64,000 nt of DNA from an uncultured beta proteobacterium (GCA_903822435.1 CAIJPE010000074.1:2510-66509), one strand, 5' to 3'. Counted from the first letter of the stretch, positions 18,560 through 28,636 are shown. Numbers and translations: made by a program. Notes: a model not told the origin generated them from the sequence alone.

Positions 18560-19297
18560 ATGACCGCGCACCGCCCTGCCACTGCTCCCGCACCCCGTCG
18601 CGCCGGCCTGTTGCCGCTGGCGCTGCTGGTGCTGGCCGGGGCTTGTACCTACGTCTACACGGCCCGCGCCGCCTCGGCCGTGCCGGTGCCGCCGCCGGCG
18701 GCCGACATCACCGAACCCGCGGCAGCCACCACCGAGACCGCGGTGTTCGCCGGCGGCTGCTTCTGGGGCGTGCAGGGTGTGTTCCAGCACGTCCAGGGCG
18801 TGACCAATGCGGTCTCGGGCTACGCGGGCGGCGCAGCCGACACGGCCACCTACAGCCAGAGCAGCACGGGCAGCAGCGGCCACGCCGAATCGGTGAAAGT
18901 CAGCTACGACCCGCGCAAGATCAGCTACGGCCGGCTGCTGCAGATCTACTTCTCGGTCGCGCACGACCCCACCGAACTCAATCGCCAGGGGCCTGACCAC
19001 GGCACCCAATACCGCTCTACCATCTTCCCGGCCAACGAAGCGCAGGCCAAGGTGGCGGCCAGCTACATCGCCCAGCTCAACCGCAGCAACACCTTCGGCA
19101 AGCCGCTGGCCACCACCATCGAGCCGGGCAAGACCTTCTATACGGCCGAGGCCTACCATCAGGACTTCCTGACCCGCAACCCGCGGCACCCCTACATCAT
19201 GATCAACGATCTGCCCAAGATCGATGAACTCAAGCGGCTCTTTCCGGCCGAGTACCGGGCCGCGCCGGCGCTGGTGGGGGCCACGGCTGCCCGCTGA
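18560..19297 (+). CDS. msrA: Peptide-methionine (S)-S-oxide reductase MsrA, exported form
   Basis: N-terminal TM/signal segment, then AVFAGGCFWGVQGVFQHVQGV...GHAESVKVSYDP...HDPTELNRQGPDHGTQYRS. Confidence 0.92.
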   Translation: MTAHRPATAPAPRRAGLLPLALLVLAGACTYVYTARAASAVPVPPPAADITEPAAATTETAVFAGGCFWGVQGVFQHVQGVTNAVSGYAGGAADTATYSQSSTGSSGHAESVKVSYDPRKISYGRLLQIYFSVAHDPTELNRQGPDHGTQYRSTIFPANEAQAKVAASYIAQLNRSNTFGKPLATTIEPGKTFYTAEAYHQDFLTRNPRHPYIMINDLPKIDELKRLFPAEYRAAPALVGATAAR

Positions 19298-19327
19298 CCG
19301 CCCAGCCCTGCGGGCGCACCGCCGCCG

Positions 19328-20269
19328 ATGAACCTCTTCGTCTCGCTCAGGTACCTGATCGCCCTGGACGACCACCGCCATTTCGGCAGGGCGGCCCTGG
19401 CCTGCCACGTCACGCAGCCGGCCTTGTCCAACGCCTTGCGGGCGCTGGAAGCCAACTTCGGCACGTCCATCGTCAAGCGGGGGCGCAACTTCGCCGGCTT
19501 CACGCCCGAGGGCGAACGCGTGCTGGTCAGCGCCCGCCGCATCGTGCGCGAGCAGGAACTGTTGCGCCAGGACCTGGAGAGCCGGGCCGGCAAGCCCCAG
19601 GGGCAACTGCTGATCGGCGCGGTGCCCACGGCGATGCCCATCGCCGCACGTTTCGCGGCAATGCTTCAGGAGGCCCACCCCGGCATCGAGGTGACGCTGC
19701 GCTCGCTCAGTTCGATCGAGCTCGAGACCGGCCTGGAAAGCCTCGCGCTGGACATGGGCCTGGGCTACGTCGAGCGGGGCGACACCGGCAGCGCCCACCT
19801 GCGCGTGGTTCCGCAATACACCGAGCACTACTACCTGCTGCGACGGCGGCCCGAGGCCCAGCCGCTCGGGCACGCCCGCACCGACATGACCTGGGCCGAA
19901 GCCGCGTCGCTGCGGCTGTGCCTGCTGAGCGCCGAGATGCACAACCGCACCATCGTCGACCGGGCCTTCCGCTCCGTCGGGTGCCAGGTGAACCCGGCCA
20001 TCGAGACCAACTCGCCGATGACCCTGGTGCTGGGCGTGGTGGCAGGGCGGGTGTGCAGCGTGCTGCCCGGCGCCTTGCTGGAGATCACCCGAGGCTACCC
20101 CGACCTGGAGGCCCTGGCGCTGACCGAGCCATTGGTCGAAGTGCCCATCGCATTCCTGGTGCACGAAACGAACCGGCCGTCCCGCACGCTGGAGGCCGCC
20201 CTGGCCTTCGCGCAGGACCCGGTCTGGTTGGGTCAGGCGGCCCGGCACGCCGGACGCCTTCTGGCGTAA
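19328..20269 (+). CDS. LysR-family regulator upstream of the formate dehydrogenase locus (FdsR-like by position)
   Basis: The wHTH is LRYLIALDDHRHFGRAALACHVTQPALSNALRALEANFG. A LysR substrate-binding domain follows. Confidence 0.88.
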   Translation: MNLFVSLRYLIALDDHRHFGRAALACHVTQPALSNALRALEANFGTSIVKRGRNFAGFTPEGERVLVSARRIVREQELLRQDLESRAGKPQGQLLIGAVPTAMPIAARFAAMLQEAHPGIEVTLRSLSSIELETGLESLALDMGLGYVERGDTGSAHLRVVPQYTEHYYLLRRRPEAQPLGHARTDMTWAEAASLRLCLLSAEMHNRTIVDRAFRSVGCQVNPAIETNSPMTLVLGVVAGRVCSVLPGALLEITRGYPDLEALALTEPLVEVPIAFLVHETNRPSRTLEAALAFAQDPVWLGQAARHAGRLLA

Positions 20270-20310
20270 ACCCCCATTCCGCCCTGAGGGCCACCTACGG
20301 GCAATCCCTG

Positions 20311-20342
20311 ATTTGGGGAACGTATCAATACATTCCCCGAAT
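20311..20342. promoter_or_regulatory. Candidate operator upstream of the OFA/fds genes
   Basis: ATTTGGGGAA-N12-TTCCCCGAAT is an inverted repeat matching at 9 of 10 positions. It lies in the AT-rich intergenic region, about 78 nt upstream of the ATG at 20420. Confidence 0.4.
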
Positions 20343-20419
20343 AAATTGGACTGCAATCGGCTCCTTGGCAAAACTCTCGGAGCAGGTCCGGGCGTGCCAG
20401 AACAACATAAGGAGACGCG

Positions 20420-22093
20420 ATGTCCACCGTCATGTCGACAGCGAGCCAGCCGCTGGCCGGGGAAGTGCCCGGTTTCATGTCCAAGGAACGGATCATTGCC
20501 GGAGCAGGCTTCAACCGTTGGCTCGTGCCGCCGGCTGCCCTGGCTATCCACCTGTGCATCGGCATGGCTTACGGCTTCTCGGTGTTCTGGCTGCCGCTGT
20601 CCAAGGCGCTGGGTATCAAGGAGGCCATCAAGTGCGGGCCCGAAGTCGGCTTCTTCCAGGAACTGTTCGTCGCCAATTGCGACTGGAAGATCTCCACGCT
20701 GGGCTGGATGTACACCCTCTTCTTCGTGCTGCTGGGCAGTTCGGCCGCCATCTGGGGCGGCTGGCTGGAGCGGGCCGGCCCGCGCAAGGCCGGCGTGGTC
20801 AGTGCCGTGTGCTGGTGCGGCGGCATGCTGATCTCGGCCTTCGGCGTGTACATCCACCAGATCTGGCTGATGCTGCTGGGCTCGGGCGTGATCGGCGGCA
20901 TCGGGCTGGGCCTGGGCTACATATCGCCGGTCAGCACGCTGATCAAGTGGTTCCCCGACCGCCGTGGCATGGCCACGGGCATGGCCATCATGGGCTTCGG
21001 CGGCGGCGCGATGATCGGCTCGCCGCTGGCCGCCGAGCTGATGAAGACCTTCGCCAGCCCCACCGACGTGGGGGTGATGCAGACCTTCGTCGTCATGGCC
21101 CTGGTGTACTTCGTCTTCATGATGGGCGGCGCGCTGGCCTACCGCGTGCCCGCCACCGGCTGGGCGCCTGCGGGCTACAGCGTGCCACAGGGCGTGTCGT
21201 CCAACGCCATGATCACCCGGCAACACGTGCACGTCAGCAAGGTCTGGGGCATTCCGCAGTTCTGGCTGGTGTGGATGGTGCTGTGCATGAACGTGTCAGC
21301 CGGCATCGGCGTGATCGGCATGGCCAGCCCCATGCTGCAAGAGGTCTTCGGCGGCGGCCTGATCGGCGTGGCCAAGAAGTTCGGCGAGCTCGACAAGGCG
21401 CAGCTCACCGCCATTGCCGGCGTCGCGGCAGGCTTCACGGCGCTGCTCAGCCTGTTCAACATCGGTGGCCGCTTCTTCTGGGCCAGCTTGTCCGACAAGC
21501 TCGGCCGCAAGATGACCTACGTGGTCTTCTTCGTGCTGGGCGGCCTGCTGTACGCCAGCATCCCCTCGTCGGCGGGGGCCGGCAACAAGCTGCTCTTCGT
21601 GGCGGCCTTCTGCATCATCCTCAGCATGTACGGCGGCGGTTTCGCCACGGTGCCTGCCTACCTTGCCGACCTGTTCGGCACGCAGATGGTGGGCGCCATC
21701 CACGGCCGCCTGCTCACGGCCTGGGCCACGGCCGGCATCCTGGGCCCGGTGGTGGTGAACTACATGCGCGACTACCAGATCAGCCTGGGCATCCCGCGGG
21801 AGCAGGTCTACAACCAGACCATGTACATCCTGGTGGGCATGCTGGCCCTCGGCCTGCTGTGCAACCTGATGATCCGCCCGCTGGACAAGAAGTACTTCAT
21901 GAGCGAGGCCGAACTCGCCGAGGAAAAGCGCTTGGCGCACGACCGCGCCGTGGCCTCCGAGGTGGGCAGCGGCAGCGGTGGCAGCGGTGCCACCAGCGGC
22001 ATCTGGGTGTACCTCGCCTGGGCAGCCGTGGGCATCCCCCTGGCCTGGGGCGTGTACCGCACCGCGCTGAGCGTGGCCAAGTTCTTCGGCTGA
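20420..22093 (+). CDS. MFS transporter, oxalate/formate antiporter (OFA) family
   Basis: Strong AAGGAG RBS. Twelve TM helices. OFA-type segments are GFNRWLVPPAALAIHLCIGMAYGFSVFWLPL and ISPVSTLIKWFPDRRGMATGMAIMGFGGGAMIG. Confidence 0.88.
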   Translation: MSTVMSTASQPLAGEVPGFMSKERIIAGAGFNRWLVPPAALAIHLCIGMAYGFSVFWLPLSKALGIKEAIKCGPEVGFFQELFVANCDWKISTLGWMYTLFFVLLGSSAAIWGGWLERAGPRKAGVVSAVCWCGGMLISAFGVYIHQIWLMLLGSGVIGGIGLGLGYISPVSTLIKWFPDRRGMATGMAIMGFGGGAMIGSPLAAELMKTFASPTDVGVMQTFVVMALVYFVFMMGGALAYRVPATGWAPAGYSVPQGVSSNAMITRQHVHVSKVWGIPQFWLVWMVLCMNVSAGIGVIGMASPMLQEVFGGGLIGVAKKFGELDKAQLTAIAGVAAGFTALLSLFNIGGRFFWASLSDKLGRKMTYVVFFVLGGLLYASIPSSAGAGNKLLFVAAFCIILSMYGGGFATVPAYLADLFGTQMVGAIHGRLLTAWATAGILGPVVVNYMRDYQISLGIPREQVYNQTMYILVGMLALGLLCNLMIRPLDKKYFMSEAELAEEKRLAHDRAVASEVGSGSGGSGATSGIWVYLAWAAVGIPLAWGVYRTALSVAKFFG

Positions 22094-22134
22094 CTGGCCG
22101 CACCGCAGTCGCCCCATCCCGAGCAGCAGGTTCC

Positions 22135-22623
22135 ATGACCGAAACCGTTACTGAACTTTCCGACGACGTCCGGGCCCTGGTGGATGGGATCGTGGGCCGG
22201 CTGGCCGCCGAGCCGGGGGCGCTGCTGCCGATCCTGCATGCCGTCCAGGACACCCTGGGCTACGTGCCCAAGGCGGCGGTGCCGCAGATTGCGCAGGCCC
22301 TGAACCTGTCGCGGGCCGAGGTGCACGGGGTGGTGACGTACTACCACCACTTCCGCGGCGAGCCGCCGGGCCGCCACGTGGTGCAGATCTGCCGGGCCGA
22401 AGCCTGCCAGGCGCTGGGGGCCGAGGCACTGCTGGCGCAGGCGCAGACCGTGCTGGGCTGCACGGCCCACGGCACGCGGGCCGACGGGGCCGTCAGCCTG
22501 GAGCCGGTGTATTGCCTGGGGCTGTGCGCCCTGTCGCCGGCCGTGATGGTGGACGACAAGCTGCACGGCCGCATGACGGCCCAGCGCCTGGAAGCTATCG
22601 CCGCGACGTGGAGCACGGCATGA
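22135..22623 (+). CDS. fdsG: NAD-dependent formate dehydrogenase gamma subunit (NuoE-like 2Fe-2S)
   Basis: ILHAVQDTLGYVPKAAVPQIAQALNLSRAEVHGVVTYYHHF...ICRAEACQALGA...CLGLCALSPAVMVD. Confidence 0.9.
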   Translation: MTETVTELSDDVRALVDGIVGRLAAEPGALLPILHAVQDTLGYVPKAAVPQIAQALNLSRAEVHGVVTYYHHFRGEPPGRHVVQICRAEACQALGAEALLAQAQTVLGCTAHGTRADGAVSLEPVYCLGLCALSPAVMVDDKLHGRMTAQRLEAIAATWSTA

Positions 22624-24185
22624 TCGAATCCCCCCTCACCCTGTACGTGCCGCGCGACTCGGCCGCGCTGGCCATGGGTGCCGACGAGGTGGCCGCGGCG
22701 CTGGCCGATGCCTGCGCGGGCGGCCCGAGCCCTGTGCGCATCGTGCGCAACGGCTCGCGCGGCCTTTTCTGGCTGGAGCCGCTGGTGGAAGTGGCCACAC
22801 CCCGGGGCCGCATCGCTTACGGACCCGTCAGGCCCGAGGACGTGCCCGGGCTGCTGCAGGCCGGCCTGCTCACAGGGGGCAGCCACCCGCTGTGCCTGGG
22901 CCCGGTCGAACAGATCCCTTACCTGGCCCGGCAGGAGCGCCTGACTTTCACCCGCATGGGCGTGACCGATCCGCTCTCGCTGGCCGACTACGAAGCGCAT
23001 GGCGGCTGGACCGGCCTGCGCCGCGCGGTGGCCCTGGACGGCGCCGCCATCGTCAAGGAGGTCACCGACTCCGGCCTGCGTGGGCGTGGCGGTGCCGCGT
23101 TTCCGGCCGGCATCAAGTGGAAGACGGTGCTGAATACTCCATCGGCCCGGAAGTACGTGGTTTGCAACGCCGACGAAGGCGACTCGGGCACCTATTCCGA
23201 CCGCATGACGATGGAGGGCGACCCCTTCATGCTCATCGAGGGCATGGCCATCGCGGCACTGGCGGTGGGGGCGGACCGGGGCTATGTCTACATCCGCTCG
23301 GAGTATCCGCACGCCGTGGCCACGATGCGGCAAGCCGTGGCCTCGGCCACCGAAGCGGGCTTCCTGGGCGATGACTCCTGCGGCTCGGGCCGTGCCTTCC
23401 GCATCGACATCCGCATGGCCGCAGGCTCCTATGTCTGCGGCGAAGAAACCGCCATGCTGGAGAGCCTGGAAGGCAAGCGCGGCATCGTGCGGGCCAAGCC
23501 GCCGCTGCCCGCGGTGCAGGGCCTGTTCGGACAGCCCACGGTGATCAACAACGTCATCACCTTCGCCTCGGTGCCGCTGGTGATGGCCCGCGGCGCGTCT
23601 TTCTACCGCGACTACGGCGTGGGCCGCTCGCACGGCACCCTGCCCTTCCAGCTGGCGGGCAACATTCGCCACGGCGGCCTGGTGGAGAAGGCCTTCGGCG
23701 TCACGCTGCGCGAGTTGCTTTACGACTTCGGCGGCGGCACCGCCACCGGCCGCCCCATCAAGGCCGTGCAGGTGGGCGGCCCGCTGGGTGCGTACGTCCC
23801 CGAATCGAAATGGGACGTTCCTCTCGACTACGAAGCGTATGCCGCCATGGGCGCCGTGGTGGGCCACGGCGGCATCGTGGTGCACGACGACACCGCCGAC
23901 ATGGCCCAGCTGGCGCGCTACGCCATGGAATTCTGCGCCATCGAAAGCTGCGGCAAGTGCACGCCCTGCCGCATCGGTTCCACCCGCGGCGTGGAGGTCA
24001 TCGACAAGATCACAGCCAACCGCAACCGGGCCCAGCAGGTGGTGTTGCTGCGCGACCTGTGCGACACGATGCTGCACGGCTCGCTGTGCGCCATGGGGGG
24101 CATGACGCCCTACCCCGTGCTGTCGGCACTGGACCACTATCCCCAGGACTTTGGCCTGTCGGCGCCAGATCGCGCTGCCGCTTGA
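22620..24185 (+). CDS. fdsB: NAD-dependent formate dehydrogenase beta subunit (NuoF-like, FMN/NAD/4Fe-4S)
   Basis: The ATG overlaps the fdsG stop (ATGA). Motifs: GLRGRGGAAFPAGIKW, NADEGDSGTYSDR, ESCGKCTPCRIG. Confidence 0.93.
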   Translation: MIESPLTLYVPRDSAALAMGADEVAAALADACAGGPSPVRIVRNGSRGLFWLEPLVEVATPRGRIAYGPVRPEDVPGLLQAGLLTGGSHPLCLGPVEQIPYLARQERLTFTRMGVTDPLSLADYEAHGGWTGLRRAVALDGAAIVKEVTDSGLRGRGGAAFPAGIKWKTVLNTPSARKYVVCNADEGDSGTYSDRMTMEGDPFMLIEGMAIAALAVGADRGYVYIRSEYPHAVATMRQAVASATEAGFLGDDSCGSGRAFRIDIRMAAGSYVCGEETAMLESLEGKRGIVRAKPPLPAVQGLFGQPTVINNVITFASVPLVMARGASFYRDYGVGRSHGTLPFQLAGNIRHGGLVEKAFGVTLRELLYDFGGGTATGRPIKAVQVGGPLGAYVPESKWDVPLDYEAYAAMGAVVGHGGIVVHDDTADMAQLARYAMEFCAIESCGKCTPCRIGSTRGVEVIDKITANRNRAQQVVLLRDLCDTMLHGSLCAMGGMTPYPVLSALDHYPQDFGLSAPDRAAA

Positions 24186-24196
24186 GAGGCAACCCC

Positions 24197-27085
24197 ATGC
24201 TGAACCATCTGAAGGACATCGACCACGGCACGCCCGAGCGCCATTCGGAGCAGGTCGTGCACCTGGAAATCGACGGCAACCCGGTCAGCGTGCCGGCAGG
24301 CACCTCGCTCATGCGCGCGGCCGTGGACGCCGGCATCCACGTGCCCAAGCTGTGTGCCACCGACAGCCTGGAGCCCTTCGGTTCGTGCCGGCTTTGCCTG
24401 GTGGAGGTGGAAGGCCGCAAGGGCTTCCCGGCCTCGTGCACCACGCCGGCCGAGAACGGCATGAAGGTGCGCACCCAGACGCCGAAGCTGCAGGATCTGC
24501 GCAAGGGCGTGATGGAGCTCTACATCAGCGACCACCCGCTGGACTGCCTGACCTGCTCGGCCAACGGCAACTGCGAGCTGCAGGACATGGCCGGCGTGAC
24601 CGGCCTGCGCAACGTGCGCTACGGCATGGAGGGCGCAAACCACCTGAAGAGCGAGAAGGACGAGTCCAACCCCTACTTCAGCTACGACCCCAGCAAGTGC
24701 ATCGTCTGCAACCGCTGCGTGCGGGCCTGTGAAGAGACGCAAGGCACCTACGCGCTGACGATCAGCGGCCGGGGATTCGAGTCGCGCGTGTCGCCCGGCC
24801 AGGACGAGCCCTTCATGGAGTCCGAGTGCGTGAGCTGCGGCGCCTGCGTCGAGGCCTGCCCCACGGCCACCTTGCAAGAGAAGTCGGTCATCTGGCTGGG
24901 CCAGCCCGAGCACAGCGTGATCACCACCTGCGCGTACTGCGGCGTGGGCTGCGGCTTCAAGGCCGAGATGAAGGGCAGCGAAGTCGTGCGCATGGTGCCC
25001 TGGAAGGATGGCAAGGCCAACGAAGGGCATTCCTGCGTGAAGGGCCGATTCGCCTGGGGCTATGCCACCCACACAGACCGCATGCTCAAGCCGATGATCC
25101 GCGCGAAGATCACCGACCCCTGGCAGGAGGTGAGCTGGGAAGTGGCCCTCGACCACGCCGCCGGCGAGTTCAAGCGCCTGCAGGCGAAGTACGGCCGCGA
25201 CTCCATCGGCGGCATCACCTCCTCGCGGTGTACCAACGAAGAGACCTACCTCGTGCAGAAGCTGGTGCGCACGGCCTTCGGCAACAACAACGTCGACACC
25301 TGCGCGCGCGTGTGCCATTCGCCCACGGGCTACGGCCTGAAGCAGACGCTGGGCGAATCGGCCGGCACGCAGACCTTCAGGTCGGTTGAAGAGGCGGATG
25401 TCATCGTGGTCATCGGTGCCAACCCGACCGATGGCCACCCGGTGTTTGCTTCCCGCATGAAGAAGCGTCTGCGCGAAGGCGCGCAGCTGATCGTTGTGGA
25501 CCCTCGGCGCATCGACCTCGTGCGCTCGCCGCACGTGCAGGCGGCGCACCACCTGCAGCTCAAGCCGGGCACCAACGTGGCCGTCATCACCGCCTTGGCC
25601 CACGTGGTGGTCACCGAGGGCCTGGTGGACGACGCCTATGTGGCCGAGCGCTGCGAGACCAAGTCCTTCCGCGAATGGGCCGCCTTCGTGGCCAAGCCCG
25701 AGAACTCACCCGAGGCGATGGAGGCCGCCACCGGCGTGCCGGCCAGCGAAGTGCGCGCCGCCGCACGGCTGTACGCCAACGCCCGCAACGGCGCCATCTA
25801 CTACGGCCTGGGTGTCACCGAGCACAGCCAGGGCTCGACCATGGTCATGGGCATCGCCAACCTGGCCATGGCCACCGGCAACGTGGGGCGTGAGGGCGTG
25901 GGCGTGAACCCGCTGCGCGGCCAGAACAACGTGCAGGGCGCCTGCGACATGGGCTCGTTCCCGCACGAGCTGCCGGGCTACCGGCACGTGTCCGACACCA
26001 CCGTGCGCACGCAGTTCGAGGCTGCCTGGGGCGTCTCCATCGACCCCGAGCCCGGCCTGCGCATCCCCAACATGTTCGACGCCGCGCTGACCGGCAGCTT
26101 CAAGGGCCTGTACTGCGAGGGCGAGGACATCGTGCAGTCCGACCCCAACACGCAGCACGTGGCCGCGGCCATGATGCAGATGGAGTGCGTGGTGGTGCAG
26201 GACCTGTTCCTGAACGAGACCGCCAAATACGCGCACGTCTTCCTGCCTGGCTCCTCGTTCCTGGAGAAGGACGGCACCTTCACCAACGCCGAGCGGCGCA
26301 TTTCGCGGGTGCGCAAGGTGATGCCGCCCAAGGCCGGCCTGGCCGACTGGCAGGTGACGGTGAAGCTGGCGCAGGCGCTGGGCTACCCCATGCACTACGA
26401 CAGCCCCGAGCAGATCATGGCCGAGATCGCCGCGCTGACGCCCACCTTCGCCGGCGTCAGCTACCGCAAGCTCGACGAGCTGGGCAGCATCCAGTGGCCG
26501 TGCAATGCCGAGGCGCCCGACGGCACGCCCACCATGCACATCGACCACTTCGTGCGCGGCAAGGGCCAGTTCATCATCACCCAGTACCTGGCCACCGACG
26601 AGAAGGTCACGCGCAAGTTCCCGCTCCTGCTGACCACCGGCCGCATCCTCTCGCAGTACAACGTGGGCGCGCAGACCCGACGCACCGAGAACAACCGCTG
26701 GCACAGCGAGGACCGGCTGGAGATCCACCCGCACGATGCCGAAGAGCGTGGCATCAAGACCGACGACTGGGTGGGCATCGCCAGCCGCGCCGGCGATACG
26801 GTGCTGCGTGCCACGGTGACCGAGCGCATGCAGCCTGGGGTGGTCTACACCACCTTCCACTTCCCCGAGTCGGGCGCCAACGTCATCACCACCGACAATT
26901 CCGACTGGGCCACCAACTGCCCCGAGTACAAGGTGACGGCGGTGCAGGTGATGCCAGTGATGCAGCCCTCGGCCTGGCAGCGCGAGTACAGTCGCTTCAA
27001 CCGCGTGCAGCAGGCCCTGTTGCACGGGCAGGATCCGGCACCCGGGCCCGATGCCACGACCATCAGCGCGGTGACGGGCCAGTGA
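24197..27085 (+). CDS. fdsA: NAD-dependent formate dehydrogenase alpha subunit (molybdopterin, NuoG-like N-terminus)
   Basis: 962 aa. Fe-S cluster motifs are CRLCLVEV, CLTCSANGNCELQ, CIVCNRCVRAC, CVSCGACVEACP and CAYCGVGC. The active-site context is EGHSCVKGRF, with Cys rather than Sec. Confidence 0.95.
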   Translation: MLNHLKDIDHGTPERHSEQVVHLEIDGNPVSVPAGTSLMRAAVDAGIHVPKLCATDSLEPFGSCRLCLVEVEGRKGFPASCTTPAENGMKVRTQTPKLQDLRKGVMELYISDHPLDCLTCSANGNCELQDMAGVTGLRNVRYGMEGANHLKSEKDESNPYFSYDPSKCIVCNRCVRACEETQGTYALTISGRGFESRVSPGQDEPFMESECVSCGACVEACPTATLQEKSVIWLGQPEHSVITTCAYCGVGCGFKAEMKGSEVVRMVPWKDGKANEGHSCVKGRFAWGYATHTDRMLKPMIRAKITDPWQEVSWEVALDHAAGEFKRLQAKYGRDSIGGITSSRCTNEETYLVQKLVRTAFGNNNVDTCARVCHSPTGYGLKQTLGESAGTQTFRSVEEADVIVVIGANPTDGHPVFASRMKKRLREGAQLIVVDPRRIDLVRSPHVQAAHHLQLKPGTNVAVITALAHVVVTEGLVDDAYVAERCETKSFREWAAFVAKPENSPEAMEAATGVPASEVRAAARLYANARNGAIYYGLGVTEHSQGSTMVMGIANLAMATGNVGREGVGVNPLRGQNNVQGACDMGSFPHELPGYRHVSDTTVRTQFEAAWGVSIDPEPGLRIPNMFDAALTGSFKGLYCEGEDIVQSDPNTQHVAAAMMQMECVVVQDLFLNETAKYAHVFLPGSSFLEKDGTFTNAERRISRVRKVMPPKAGLADWQVTVKLAQALGYPMHYDSPEQIMAEIAALTPTFAGVSYRKLDELGSIQWPCNAEAPDGTPTMHIDHFVRGKGQFIITQYLATDEKVTRKFPLLLTTGRILSQYNVGAQTRRTENNRWHSEDRLEIHPHDAEERGIKTDDWVGIASRAGDTVLRATVTERMQPGVVYTTFHFPESGANVITTDNSDWATNCPEYKVTAVQVMPVMQPSAWQREYSRFNRVQQALLHGQDPAPGPDATTISAVTGQ

Positions 27086-27089
27086 CGCC

Positions 27090-27977
27090 ATGGCTGCACC
27101 GGATGTGTTGAAGCGCCCCGCCCGCGGGCCCGCCATGACCGTGCCTGGCGCCCAAGCCGTGCCCGTCAGCGGCGTGCGGGGCGGCAAGCCCTATGCCCTT
27201 CAGGACTGGCTGGCCGACGAAGTGCCGGTCGCGCTCGAGTTCAACGGCATCTCGCACGCCGTGATGCTGGCCACGCCGCTCGACCTGGAAGACTTCGCGT
27301 TGGGCTTTGCCCTGAGCGAAGGCATCCTGAGGACTGCCGCCGAACTGTTCTCGGTGGACGAAGAAGCCAGCGAACTGGGCATCACGCTGAAGATGCAGGT
27401 CTCGGGTGCGGCCTTCGACCGTCTCAAGCTCCACCGCCGCTCGATGACCGGCCGCACCGGCTGTGGCCTTTGCGGCACCGAGAGCCTGTCCCAGGTGGCC
27501 CGCGAACTGCCGCCGATCCCTGCACGACCCGCCATTCGCCGCGAGGCCGTGTCCCGCGCGATGGCCCAGCTGAGCAGCCGCCAGACCCTGCAGCAGGCCA
27601 CCGGCGCCGTGCACGCCGCCGCGTGGTGCCACGCCGAGGGCGACCTGGGCTTCGTGCGCGAAGACGTGGGCCGCCACAATGCCCTGGACAAGGTCATCGG
27701 TGCCCTGGCACGCAAGCCGGCCGATGCCTCGGCTGGCTTCATGGTGGTGACCAGCCGCGCCAGCTTCGAGATGGTGCACAAGGCCGTTTCAGCGGGCGTG
27801 CCCTTGCTGGCGGCGGTGTCGGCCGCCACCACCTACGCCGTCAGCACCGCCGAGCGCAGCGGGCTGACCTTGCTGGGCTTCGCAAGAGGCGCCGATTTCG
27901 TGGTCTACACCCATCCGGAACGGCTCGTGCCGTTGCCGCCTTCGATGCCTCCTGCGCAAGCCCACCATGCACACTGA
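27090..27977 (+). CDS. fdhD: Formate dehydrogenase accessory sulfurtransferase FdhD (FdsC)
   Basis: Motifs: GRTGCGLCG, REDVGRHNALDKVIGAL, VVTSRASFEMVHKAVSAGVPLLAAVSA. Confidence 0.9.
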   Translation: MAAPDVLKRPARGPAMTVPGAQAVPVSGVRGGKPYALQDWLADEVPVALEFNGISHAVMLATPLDLEDFALGFALSEGILRTAAELFSVDEEASELGITLKMQVSGAAFDRLKLHRRSMTGRTGCGLCGTESLSQVARELPPIPARPAIRREAVSRAMAQLSSRQTLQQATGAVHAAAWCHAEGDLGFVREDVGRHNALDKVIGALARKPADASAGFMVVTSRASFEMVHKAVSAGVPLLAAVSAATTYAVSTAERSGLTLLGFARGADFVVYTHPERLVPLPPSMPPAQAHHAH

Positions 27978-28209
27978 TGCCCTCGTCCGCATGGCCAACC
28001 AGATCGGCGCCTTCTTCGACGCCATGCCCGACCGGCCCGAAGCCCTGGAAGGCATCGCGCAGCACATCAAGCGGTTCTGGGAGCCGCGCATGCGGCGTGA
28101 ACTGCTGGCCCACATCGACGCCACCGCCGGCGAAGGCCTCAGCCCCACCGTGATCGAGGCCCTGGCCGGCCACCGCGCCTTGCTGGCTGAACACACGGCG
28201 CCGCACTGA
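27967..28209 (+). CDS. fdsD: Formate dehydrogenase delta subunit
   Basis: 80 aa, overlapping the fdhD end by 11 nt. LVRMANQIGAFFDAMPDRPEALEGIAQHIKRFWEPRMR is typical of FdsD. Confidence 0.85.
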   Translation: MHTDALVRMANQIGAFFDAMPDRPEALEGIAQHIKRFWEPRMRRELLAHIDATAGEGLSPTVIEALAGHRALLAEHTAPH

Positions 28210-28274
28210 TTCCGCCGGCGCTCCGTGCGCGCACCCCCCTCACTCGCGGGGCTCGACTTCGTTGGCGCCAGCCG

Positions 28275-28636
28275 ATGAAATCAGCATGCCGGATACTCCC
28301 TCGAACGGTCTCGACCATGCCTGCCCTTGGTCGTCCACGCCGAACTGCTCACCAACGGCGGATTCGAGAGCGAAGCCAATATCGGCAGCGGCATCCGCGG
28401 TGACTCCGGCTGTTCCGCGCTCAGCGGCTCGCAGATTCCCGGCTGGACCATCGCCTCGAGCCACGCGGGTACCGTGCACAACACCGACTTGTATCCCACG
28501 ATCAGCGGCATTTGCGGCATCAACATGGACGGCGAAGGCCAAGGGGGCGGCAACGCCATCCTCCACCAGGACTTCGCCAGCAGCCGCGGCGATGTGGCTG
28601 GCGGGCCTGGTGTTGATCGGCGCACGTACGGCTTGA
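28275..28636 (+). pseudogene. Degenerate, frameshifted remnant of a DUF642-type / PEP-CTERM-type secreted protein
   Basis: Three frames each carry one piece. A start (MKSACRILPRTVSTMPAL) begins at 28275. A DUF642-like core (LVVHAELLTNGGFES...IPGWTI...GINMDGEGQGGGNAILHQDF) begins at 28327. A TM-plus-Arg tail (AAAAMWLAGLVLIGAR) ends at 28636. No single intact ORF has a signal peptide. Confidence 0.35.

Noticed and set aside
17567-21232. 1221-aa minus-strand ORF
   Set aside because: It spans four well-supported plus-strand genes (ABC ATPase, msrA, LysR, OFA transporter) and their intergenic regions. The Arg/Gly/His/Ala-rich sequence has no motifs. It is a GC-rich antisense artefact.
24197-27085. 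Possible selenocysteine (in-frame TGA plus SECIS) in the formate dehydrogenase alpha subunit
   Set aside because: The frame is uninterrupted and the active-site residue is encoded as Cys (EGHSCVKGRF). There is no in-frame TGA, so no Sec recoding.
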